Shown here one piece after another: positions 45,755 through 55,839 of a DNA stretch of 64,000 nt. The translations under genes and the position numbers were made by a program. Origin of the DNA: Squalus acanthias. Its lineage: Eukaryota. The stretch lies in NCBI GenBank assembly GCA_030390025.1, contig CM059438.1, forward strand, positions 56,856,001-56,920,000. The letters are read 5' to 3'. The notes under the pieces are model-generated. The model searched no databases and had not been told where the DNA came from. It saw nothing but the letters and a program-made list of their open reading frames with translations. The stretch's first letter is position 1, and each line of letters begins with the position of its first letter.

Positions 45755-47779
45755 AGTAATGTGCAGTAGAAGGGGACTAGATTAGCAGACGCTAGTGCTG
45801 GAGCCACCTGTGTTAACCATTTCAGTTGAAGTTAATTCGGCTCCTTTCTGGAGCTGGGATCAGTAAATTCTCCAAGCTAATACTGATGTCTGCACTCACT
45901 GTCTGAAGCAATAACTGGCAAATAGGTGTTTCCGGTGTCACTGCAATTTAGATATTTCATAGCTGGCACTGATGGTGAGTGTTCCGCTCTTTTAAAAAAA
46001 ATGCTGAGAGGTCCTTTTAAAATACTAACTAAAGGGAGCTTGCAGAGGCTTGTTCGTCTTCTCACACCGTTTTTATTTACATAATGCGGAGAGGTCCTTT
46101 TTGAAATAGTTCTGTGTCTGGTTTGGTTTAGATGGGGACAGAGTCCTGCACTGTACAGGTCTGAGTACGTGCCTGCTTTATTAGCTGACGCTGATGGTTG
46201 CGACTCCAGATAGTGATGGGAAACAGTTCACACCAGGTATACCCATTTATCAGGAACTCTTGGGCAATAAGCAGGAGGCACTTCATAAAACTATATTGTG
46301 CTATAAGGTAGCTATCAGGGTACAAATTGATAAATGGATGCTGGGGAACAAGGGTTATGTAGTGACTGAGAAGGTTTGATGGAGCGAATACTGTTATCGG
46401 GACTTGGCTGTCATGCAGCCAGTGACCTCTTTAATGAACAATACTGATAGAGAATGGAATGAGGAACTATGATGAAAGTGGAAGGTGCAGTGCAAGGGTT
46501 CTCCATTCCCAAGCCTCTAAGAGATTCTGTTTGTAGATAACTTTGTTTAAATACAACATTTTGTATCGAGGTGCTCTACCCACTTAGTGTTTAATTGTAA
46601 TTATCTACTCTCCACTGTTGTGTGGCTGTGATCCTTTGTTATTCCTCCTTGTGGTCACCACCTTTAACTAGGCTGTTCAAATTGTGGGTGGAAGGGCGTG
46701 GGTATCAAAGGATACGTAAACCATTCAAAATGACTGGAGCCCCAACCCTCTCCTCCTCCTCTCCTCTTTCTCCCCCCCCCCCCCCCCCCCCCCCCATAAC
46801 ACCAGGGGACCCCCGTTCTGAGGTTTGAAACGTCCACATTCTTAGTGTAACCTCCTGAATCCAACACTGGGTTTGAGTCATATTTTGGTACCAAATATCC
46901 CTTGATTTGAAAACTGCAATGTGCTTAATTTTTCTCTCTAGATACAAAGGCATTTTGGTTTCTCCATCCATTGTGTTTAGCTACATTATGTGGTTCTTCA
47001 TTACTCAGCCCATTCTGACAGTTACTGAAGCTGCTGTACCTGGAAGAGGTCTGCCGGGTGCCTGTGGCTTGAGGCCATTTGGCTGCACCCAGTGACTCTG
47101 CTGTTTTTGTTCTTTTATTTGTTGTAGTAGTAGTAGTAGTAGTTTTCGGTTGGGGGGGGGGGGGGCGGTTTGCACATCAAAGTGAGTGATGTTAGAATAT
47201 TTTCCATTTTAGGTGTCTAGTATCAGCATCAAGCACTCACGGGAGCAGCATCCTTTACCCTGCCAGTGTGACACTGCCATTTCTTGCACCCTGTGGGCTC
47301 TGAGTGAGATTGTCAGTTTGTGTACTTGAGATTGATGTAGAGTGGCATCTAACAATGTGTAAATGCTGCAACTGATCCCAGTTCAGGAGATCCAAATTGG
47401 AAGTAAAACAATGATCACTGATCCTGATTGTGAGACGTCGCACCGACAGTCCAGCCACTTCAGTGATTGTACACCGTTACCCTGAATAGAAAGTGGCTCC
47501 TTGCAGTTACACATGGAGGAGACCTTGCTCTGAATAAACGGGAACTATGTACAGTTATGGTGTATACCCCTTGCCTTGAGGAAACATGAGCTCTGTATAA
47601 TTACGCATTAAGGAGCCTTTACTCCGAATAAGCAGTTTGTAGTTACAAAGTAAATGTGGTCACTGTGCTTAACCCTGAATGTGCTCAAAGTTTTTGTTGG
47701 TTTATTTGGTCTCAAATGAGACTGCAGATTGGTGCCTGCAGCAGCAGTATCAGTCCCAGTCATACGGTATCCCATTAAT

Positions 47780-47970
47780 ACTGTCTGGCTCAGTATGGTT
47801 CCAGGCAGACAGTAACTCGCTCGCACTGTCTGGCTCAGTATCTGTTCCAGGCAGACAGTAACTCGCTCGCAGTGCTTGGCTCAGTATCTGTTCCAGGCAG
47901 ACAGTAACTCGCTCACACTGACTCAATATCGGTTCAAGGCAACGGTACCTCGTCGGCGCTGCTTGGCTCG
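47780..47970. repeat. 46-bp tandem repeat, about 3 good copies plus a degenerate one
   Basis: Unit CTGTCTGGCTCAGTATCTGTTCCAGGCAGACAGTAACTCGCTCGCA. Confidence 0.85.
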
Positions 47971-48262
47971 AACTGCAATTTTTCTGCGCAACAGTTAGAA
48001 TTAAAAAGTTTATAGAGTACATAGGAGTGTGCCCAGAACTGCTTCCTAGAGGGAACAAGAAAACCTGAAGGAAAGTTGCTCCCTGCAGTGTGGAGAGTTT
48101 ACATCAAGTCTGATTATTAACTCTTTGTGCACTTGAATTTGATGTAATGTGATCTCTAACAATCTAAAAATGCTGCAACCAAGCTCTGAGAATTTGCATA
48201 TTTGCCAAAATGCTTGTGTGTATTAAATCAGAAATCCCAGTGATTCACTGGGGAAAAGCATC

Positions 48263-48678
48263 AGCCCATAATTTGCTGTCAAAATAACGTATTAGCCTCG
48301 CCGTTATTTATGTGCAAATGCTTCAGCAACTTCAGGTGAGGGCAGATGCGCGGTTAAACGCGGAAATCTAAAAGTTGCTGTCCGAGTTGTGCTGCTCCGC
48401 TGTTAGCGAGATGCCGATTACTCGAAGCTGTCTGCCTCACCATTGAAATGCAATGAACGGCGTGAAGCTGTTGTATTTGCGCGGTAGATACGAACTAAAC
48501 TCGCCACAGAATATTAAGTCTTGTCCATTTTAGTCTAAGCACCCTTTTAACGAAGTGATGTGTTAATTACTGCCAGTCAACCTCACTGCCACTGGAAATT
48601 AACTATTACAAGTGTAGAGTCATTCCTTCAGGTTTTAATTGTTGGAGATTTAAAAAATGTAACGTTTAAAACTTTCTG

Positions 48679-48718
<40 letters not shown>

Positions 48719-48993
48719 TTAATCCAATCTTTCTTTCCCTCTGTATTTCTCTTTCTGTACCTGATTTGACATTGAATTTGCCCACTCTAATTTACTCTTC
48801 CTTCTCGGTCCTTGTGCTGTTAATTTCACAATCCATCAATCTAATTGGTGACAGTTGCTTGCCCTGTCCACTCGGGTCCCAGATACCCGTTTTCCCTTGC
48901 TGCGACGTTATCCGCTCGCACTTTCAGCAACTTGCCAAACAAAAATTTAAAAAACCTGAATGTTGGGTGCCCCGCTACAGCAAATTGTGACCC
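48263..48993. mobile_element. MITE with about 17-bp TIRs and 3-bp TSD (PIF/Harbinger-like)
   Basis: Left AGCCCATAATTTGCTGT, right ACAGCAAATTGTGACCC; ATC at 48260-48262 and 48994-48996; internal (CT)n. Confidence 0.72.
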
Positions 48994-50391
48994 ATCCTGT
49001 TTACACTCTGCCTCCTACTTACTGGTGGTTATTTTGCTACAAAACCTGCAGCTTTCTTGCTTTGATCATGTGATACTAGTTCTGAGCGAAGAGTGAACGA
49101 CTGTTTCGATGTTTCAACTGAAAGCTGCCTTCTGCTGACTTGGCGTCTGTTTGAAACACTTCTTCTTTACAGCCCTACGTGGGAAATAGATTCAACTTCT
49201 CACATTTACCAAATGGGCAATAAATGCTGGCCTTGCCAGCGACGCACACACCCCATAAACGAATAAAAAAAAAATTCATCGTCTTTCCTCCCTTCCCACC
49301 CAGTTCCCATTTCCTCTTTCAAGATAATTCTGTGAACACCTTTTTCCTCCAGTGAAAAATACTCCCAACGGCAGAGGTCAGCTGGCAAAATAAACATTAC
49401 AAGTTTTGTATGTCTTGCCTGGGGAAAAGGTGGTAACCTTAATTTAATGTTCACACACAAACTGCATGCCCACTCTTGTACATCAGTCACCTTGTACTGC
49501 AGATCCCATTTAATGTGCTGTGCCCTGGTATAGTTGGACTGTTCTTTTTACTGACCCTACACATGAGCTTTCTACAATCTGTAACCCATAGCTCTGCTGC
49601 AGGGTGAATGGAGAGTGTCATGAGGGAGATTGGACATGTCGGCTGATGTGATTATGATCTCTGGTATGAATGGAGTCCTGCTTACTGATGTTTTTGTTTT
49701 CCTTTTACTCCTGATCTCCGGCTGAAATTCCGTATAAGTAGTCCATTCAAATGCAGCAACCGACAGGACGATTGTGAATGAAAGCAAACTGTCCTGACTG
49801 GTGCTGATTTGTGAATGCTGAGTGAGTACATTTACACGGTCATTATCTTGTGATGCTTCTAGACTGCAGACCCACTCTTTCTCTTCCCAGCATATGTGTT
49901 AATAGGACCAGACCCCACGCCCCAGGTCCTTTTAATAAACTACTTCAGCACCTGCAATTTTCCTATGTAGCTGACTCTGTCTTGAAGGAATCTAAAGTAA
50001 ATCATGAGAGCGCCCCTCCCCCACTGCTGAGACACGCACAGCCAAAGAACAAGCACCATGCATCACCCACCAGCTCAGTCGTCCCATGAGACAGGGCAGG
50101 TCGGAGCATCCCGATGTGATTAGGATCGAGTCATTGTAAGCAGGTAGTGGACACGAGGTTTATAAGAACATAAGAAATAGGAGCAGGAGTAGGCCAATCG
50201 GCCCATCGAGCCTGCTCCGCCATTCAATAAGATCATGGCTGATCTGATCCTAACCGCCAATCTACTATCTATCACAGAAACATCTCCTGCATCTAACAGA
50301 ATTGCACACACGAAATAGGAGCAGAATCAGGCTACACAGTCCCTGGGCCCGCTCCACTACCCACAGGGCCATGACCGATCCGAACCTAGAC

Positions 50392-53343
50392 TCATGTCCA
50401 AATTCCTGCCCGCTCCCCGTAACCCTTAATGCCCTTTACTTCTAGGAAACTGTCTATTTCTGTTTTAAATTTAATTAATGTTGTAGCTTCTACAGCTTTT
50501 TGTGGCAGCATATTCCATGGACCTACCACCCTCTGAGTGAAGTAGTTCCTCCTCATCTCAGTTTTGAAAGAGCAGCCCCTTATTCTAAGACTATGTCCCC
50601 TAGTTCTCGTCTCACCCGTCATCGGGAACATCCTCCCCGCATCCACCCGATCCAACCCCTTCACAATCTTATATGTTTCAATAAGATCGCCTCTCATTCT
50701 TCTGAACTCCAATGAGTAGAGTCCCAATCTACCCAACCTCTCCTCATATGACCACCCCCTCATCTCCGGGATTAACCGAGTGAACCTTTTTTGCACTGCC
50801 TCGAGAGCAAGGATGTCTTTCCTTAAGTAAGGACACCAAAACTGTATGCAGTATTCCAGGTGCGGTCTCACCAATACCTTGTACAACTGAAGCAATACCT
50901 CCCTATTTTTATATTCTATCCCCCTAGCAATGAAAGCCAACATTCCATTTGCCTTCTTAATCACTTGCTGCACCTGCATACTAACCTTTTGAGTTTCGTG
51001 CACCAGGACCCCCAGATCCCTTTGCACTTCAGTACTCTCCAGTTTCTTGCCATTAAGATAATAAATTGCTCTAGGATTTTTCCTGCCAAAGTGCATCACC
51101 TCACACTTTCCAATGCTGTATTCCATCTGCCAAATCTCTGCCCACTTACTTAGCCTGTCTATGTCCCCTTGCAGGTTTTTTATGTCCTCCTCACTCACTA
51201 CTTTCCCTCCCATCTTTGTATCATCTGCAAATTTTGATATGTTACACTTGGTCCCTTCCTCCAAATCGTTAATATAGATTGTGAAGAGTTGGGGACCCAG
51301 CACTGACCCCTGTGGAACACCACTAGTCACTGATTGCCAGTCCGAGAATGAACCATTTATCCCAACTCTTTGCTTTCTGTTAGATAGCCAATCCTCTATC
51401 CATGCCAGAATATTACCCCCAATCCCGTGATTTTTTACCTTAAGCAATAATCTTTTGTGTGGCACCTTGTCAAATGCCTTTTGGAAGTCTAAATACACTA
51501 CGTCCACTGGTTCCCCTTTATCCACTCTATATGTTACTTCCTCAAAGAACTCCAGCAAATTTGTCAAACATGACTTCCCCTTCGTAAAACCATGCTGACT
51601 TTGTCCTATTAAATTATGATTATCCAAATGTCTTGTTACTGTTTCCTTAATAATGGACTCCAAAATTTTACCTACCACAGATGTTAGGCTAACCGGTCTA
51701 TAGTTACCAGCCTTCTGTCTACTGCCCTTTTTAAATAAGGGTGTTATATTAGCAGTTTTCCAGTCTGCCGGGACCTTAGCGGAATCCAGGGAGTTTTGAA
51801 AAATTATTACCAATGCATCTACAATCCCTACCGCCACTTCCTTCAAGACTCTAGGATGTAAGCCATCAGGTCCAGGTGATTTATCCGCCTTGAGTCCCAT
51901 TATTTTACCGAGTACCACTTCCTTAGTGATTTTGATCGTGTTTAGCTCCTCTCCCCCTATAGCCCCCTGTTTGTCCAGTGTTGGGATATTCTTAGTGTCC
52001 TCTACTGTAAAGACTGATACAAAATATTCATTCAGTGTTTTTGCCATCTCCATATTTCCCACCATTAATTTCCCGGTCTCATCCTCTAAGGGACCAACAT
52101 TTACTTTAGCCACCCTTTTTCTTTTTATATAACTATAAAAACTCTTACTATCTGTTTTTATATTTTTTGCTAATTTACTTTCATAATCTATCTTCCCTTT
52201 CTTAATCAATCTTTTTGTTATTTTTTGCTGCCTTTTAAAGTTTTCCCAATCCTCTGTCCTCCCACTAGATTTCGCTACCTTATATGCCCTTGTTTTTAGT
52301 CGAATACTATCCTTAATTTCTTTACTTAGCCACGGATGACTGTCCTTTCTTTTACACCCTTTTCTTTTCAGTGGAATATATTTTTTTTGGAAGTTGTAAA
52401 ATAACTCCTTGAATGTACACCACTGATCATGTGTCGTCTTACCCTTTAATCTATTTTCCCAATCCACTCTACTCAATTCCGCTCGCATACCTTCATAGTC
52501 TCCTTTATTCAAGCTTAGCACGCTTGTTTGAGATCCAACCTTCTCACCCTCTAATTGAATATGGAATTCAACCATGTTATGGTCACTCATTCCAAGGGGA
52601 TCCTTTACTAGGACATTTTTAATTAATCCTGTCTCGTTACACAGGACCAGATCTAAGGTTGCTTGCCCCCTGGTCGGTTCAGTTACATACTGCTCAAGAA
52701 ACCCATCCCTAATACACTCAATGAACTCATCCTCAAGGCAGCCCTGCCCCATTTGATTTGTCCAATTAATATGATAGTTAAAATCCCCCATAATTATAGA
52801 TGTTCCCTTATTACATGCCTCAACTATTTCCTGATTGATACTCCGTCCAATAGAGTTGCAACTGTTCGGAGGCCTATAGACTACGCCCACTAATGTTTTT
52901 TTTCCCTTATTATTCCTTATCTCCACCCAAACTGTTTCATTATCATGATTTTTTGACCCAATATCATTACTCTGTATTACAGTGATTCCTTCCTTTATTA
53001 ACATAGCCACCCCACCTCCCCTTCCTTCCTGCCTGTCCTTCCTGATCGTTAAATAACCTGGTATGTTTAATTCCCAGGCATTGTCACCCTGCAGCCATGT
53101 TTCTGTAATGGCCACAATATCATAACCATATGTAGTTATTTGTGCCATTAACTCGTCTATTTTGTTACGAATGCTACGTGCATTCAGATAGAGAACTTTC
53201 AAATATGCTTTGTGGCACTTAGTTCCTGCTTTTTCACTTTTTACCAGTTTACCTTTTACTCCACACACTCTGTCCCTTCCTGCCACGCTCTGATTTGTGA
53301 TTCCCCTACTGCTACCTATGTCTATGACCCTCTCTGTTGTCAT
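50392..53343 (-). CDS. CR1 ORF2: APE endonuclease plus reverse transcriptase
   Basis: YLNARSIRNK, AITETWL, VYRPP, MGDFN, LDLVL, SDHN (endonuclease); [35 protein letters not shown] (RT); no stops. Confidence 0.95.
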   Translation of the reverse strand: MTTERVIDIGSSRGITNQSVAGRDRVCGVKGKLVKSEKAGTKCHKAYLKVLYLNARSIRNKIDELMAQITTYGYDIVAITETWLQGDNAWELNIPGYLTIRKDRQEGRGGGVAMLIKEGITVIQSNDIGSKNHDNETVWVEIRNNKGKKTLVGVVYRPPNSCNSIGRSINQEIVEACNKGTSIIMGDFNYHINWTNQMGQGCLEDEFIECIRDGFLEQYVTEPTRGQATLDLVLCNETGLIKNVLVKDPLGMSDHNMVEFHIQLEGEKVGSQTSVLSLNKGDYEGMRAELSRVDWENRLKGKTTHDQWCTFKELFYNFQKKYIPLKRKGCKRKDSHPWLSKEIKDSIRLKTRAYKVAKSSGRTEDWENFKRQQKITKRLIKKGKIDYESKLAKNIKTDSKSFYSYIKRKRVAKVNVGPLEDETGKLMVGNMEMAKTLNEYFVSVFTVEDTKNIPTLDKQGAIGGEELNTIKITKEVVLGKIMGLKADKSPGPDGLHPRVLKEVAVGIVDALVIIFQNSLDSAKVPADWKTANITPLFKKGSRQKAGNYRPVSLTSVVGKILESIIKETVTRHLDNHNLIGQSQHGFTKGKSCLTNLLEFFEEVTYRVDKGEPVDVVYLDFQKAFDKVPHKRLLLKVKNHGIGGNILAWIEDWLSNRKQRVGINGSFSDWQSVTSGVPQGSVLGPQLFTIYINDLEEGTKCNISKFADDTKMGGKVVSEEDIKNLQGDIDRLSKWAEIWQMEYSIGKCEVMHFGRKNPRAIYYLNGKKLESTEVQRDLGVLVHETQKVSMQVQQVIKKANGMLAFIARGIEYKNREVLLQLYKVLVRPHLEYCIQFWCPYLRKDILALEAVQKRFTRLIPEMRGWSYEERLGRLGLYSLEFRRMRGDLIETYKIVKGLDRVDAGRMFPMTGETRTRGHSLRIRGCSFKTEMRRNYFTQRVVGPWNMLPQKAVEATTLIKFKTEIDSFLEVKGIKGYGERAGIWT

Positions 53344-53381
53344 TTTTATTTTTTGCTCTCTTGAAACCTCCCCCCCACTAA

Positions 53382-54338
53382 TTAGTTTAAAGCCCTCTCC
53401 ACAGCCCTAGTTATTCGATTCGCCAGGACACTAGTCCCAGCACTGGCCAAGTGAAGTCCGTCCCAACGGAACAGCTCTCTCCTGCCCCAGTACTGGTGCC
53501 AGTGTCCCAAGAAGCAAAACCCATTTTTCCCACACCAGTCTTTGAGCCACGCATTCAACTCCCTGATTTTATTTACCCTAGCCAAATTTGCTCGTGGCTC
53601 AGGTAGTAATCCAGAGATTATTACCCTCGAGGTTCTGCTTTTTAATTTGGCCCCTAGCTGCTCAAACTCCCTCAGCAGAACCTCTTTCCTTGTCCTATCT
53701 ATGTCATTGGTACCAACATGGACCACTACAACTGGATCCTCCCCCTCCCACTCCAAGTTTCTCTCCAGCCCAGAGGAGATGTCCTTAACCCTGGCACCGG
53801 GCAGGCAACACAGCCTTCGGGACTCTCGCTCTTGGCTGCAAAGAACCCTATCTATCCCCCTAATGATACTATCCCCTACCACTACAACATTTCTTTTTAC
53901 TCCCCCCACTTGAATGGCCCCCCTTACCACGGTGCTGTGGCCAGGTTGCTCATCCTCCCTGCAGTCCCCGCTCCTATCCACACAGGGAGTAAGAGCCTCG
54001 AACCTGTTGGACAAGAGCAAGGGCTGCGGCTCCTCCAACACTACCTCCTGGATCCCTGTACCTGCCTCACTCGTAGTCACACCTTCCTGTCCCTGACCAC
54101 GGGCTACTTCTGAATTAGTTACTCTAATTGGTGTGACTACCTCCTGAAACACGGAGTCCAGGTAACTCTCCCCCTCCCTGATGTGTCGCAGTGTTTGAAG
54201 CTCGGACTCCAGCTCATCAACACGGAGCCGGAGTTCCTCGAGCAGCCAACACTTACTGCAAATGTGTTCACCGTGAACATCAATGGTGTCCACCAGCTCC
54301 CACATATTGCAGCAGTAACACATCACCTGCTCTCCCAT
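53382..54338 (-). CDS. CR1 ORF1: zinc finger/leucine zipper plus SGNH esterase-like domain
   Basis: CYCC..CSKC followed by heptad leucines; LSNRFEAL; VVVVGDSIIR, CLPGARV, VHVGTND, DGLHL. Confidence 0.93.
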   Translation of the reverse strand: MGEQVMCYCCNMWELVDTIDVHGEHICSKCWLLEELRLRVDELESELQTLRHIREGESYLDSVFQEVVTPIRVTNSEVARGQGQEGVTTSEAGTGIQEVVLEEPQPLLLSNRFEALTPCVDRSGDCREDEQPGHSTVVRGAIQVGGVKRNVVVVGDSIIRGIDRVLCSQERESRRLCCLPGARVKDISSGLERNLEWEGEDPVVVVHVGTNDIDRTRKEVLLREFEQLGAKLKSRTSRVIISGLLPEPRANLARVNKIRELNAWLKDWCGKNGFCFLGHWHQYWGRRELFRWDGLHLASAGTSVLANRITRAVERALN

Positions 54339-54614
54339 TCTATGTAATTAATTAAAAATGTATTATTTACTGTTCAGTTAATTTATGCCAGCAGTCTCTG
54401 CTACACCACAGATACCCGAGAAACAATAAAATTGAAGTTTTGTATAAAAAAAAAAGAGAAATACTCACCAACCAATCACTTACCTGCTTTCTGGTGATGT
54501 CACACTTCGATTATTTTTTACCTCTCTCCTGCTCTCGGCTTGGTGAAAGCCTATCTGGTCGCTGCCGCCTTTTACCGCCGCCGCCTCGCCGCTGTTGCTC
54601 CACCCAGGTCCGCC

Positions 54615-55317
54615 TCACTCTCCGTCCTGTGACAGTTTGTTCTGAGTCTCCTCACTCTGTCCTGTGGCAGTTTGTTCTGAGTCTCCTCACTCTCTGTCCT
54701 GTGGCAGTTTGTTCTGAGTCTCCTCACTCTCTGTCCTGTGACAGTTTGTTTTGAGTCTCCTCACCCTGTCCTGTGGCAGTTTGTTCTGAGTCTCCTCACT
54801 CTCTGTCCTGTGGCAGTTTGTTCTGAGTCTCCTCACTCTCTGTCCTGTGGCAGTTTGTTCTGAGTCTCCTCACTCTCTGTCCTGTGGCAGTTTGTTCTGA
54901 GTCTCCTCACTCTGTCCTGTGACAGTTTGTTCTGAGTCTCCTCACTCTCTGTCCTGTGGCAGTTTGTAATGATTCTCCTCACTCTCTGTCCTGTGACAGT
55001 TTGTTCTGAGTCTCCTCACTCTGTCCTGTGACAGTTTGTTCTGAGTCTCCTCACTCTCTGTCCTGTGGCAGTTTGTTCTGAGTCTCCTCACTCTCTGTCC
55101 TGTGGCAGTTTGTTCTGAGTCTCCTCACTCTCTGTCCTGTGGCAGTTTGTTCTGAGTCTCCTCACTCTGTCCTGTGGCAGTTTGTTCTGAGTCTCCTCAC
55201 TCTCTGTCCTGTGGCAGTTTGTTCTGAGTCTCCTCACTCTCTGTCCTGTGGCAGTTTGTTCTGAGTCTCCTCACTCTCTGTCCTGTGACAGTTTGTAATG
55301 ATTCTCCTCACTCTCTG
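54615..55317. repeat. 35-37 bp minisatellite, about 19 copies
   Basis: Unit CTCTGTCCTGTG(G/A)CAGTTTGTTCTGAGTCTCCTCACT repeated without spacers. Confidence 0.95.
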
Positions 55318-55839
55318 ATGGCTTTTATTACTGAGTGAGGCAGACAGCAGAGCTCAAACACAACACCGATTTCAAGTGAGTTTTGAGGTTTGTCTTCTCA
55401 AGTGAAATGAAACTGAATCAGTCGTCTCTCTGTATTCGTATCATGTCTATAGTCGAGGGATTTTTTTTCCTGGCTGGACCTTTAAAAATAATGAAGGCTC
55501 TTTTACATTAAGGCTTGAAGCAGTCCAGATCCTGGGAGAACTATGCTAAAACAAGCTCCTTGCTGCACTCCCCCATTTTTACATTCGAAGTCTGCCCCTA
55601 ATCTGGATCCATAGCAGAGATAATTCCAACAGGAAATCCAGACACCCGTCAAAAAATGTATCTTCACTGTCCCCGGAACAAGGTAAACCAGGCAATTTAC
55701 AATGCTTAATATAAAGCATCTTAAATTGCCCCATCAATCACATTCCGACTGTGGTGCTGTTGACTCCCATTCTCAACTGACAGCACTCCCTAGTGTAAGT
55801 CACCTGACTTTGTCATGGGTCTTCAGATTTGCCCCTGGA

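Larger units (their letters stand above)
50161..54600 (-). mobile_element. Apparently full-length CR1 LINE with both ORFs intact, antisense in TPRN intron 1
   Basis: 5' UTR about 54600-54339, ORF1 318 aa, ORF2 983 aa, 3' UTR ending in ATAAGAACATAAGAA repeats at 50161. Confidence 0.95.

Noticed and set aside
46772..47165. Poly-C and poly-G runs as functional G-quadruplexes
   Set aside because: Homopolymers are common and error-prone in assemblies; no supporting context.
54615..55317. CRISPR-like array of 36-bp repeats
   Set aside because: Units are contiguous with no unique spacers, there are no cas genes, and the context is vertebrate.
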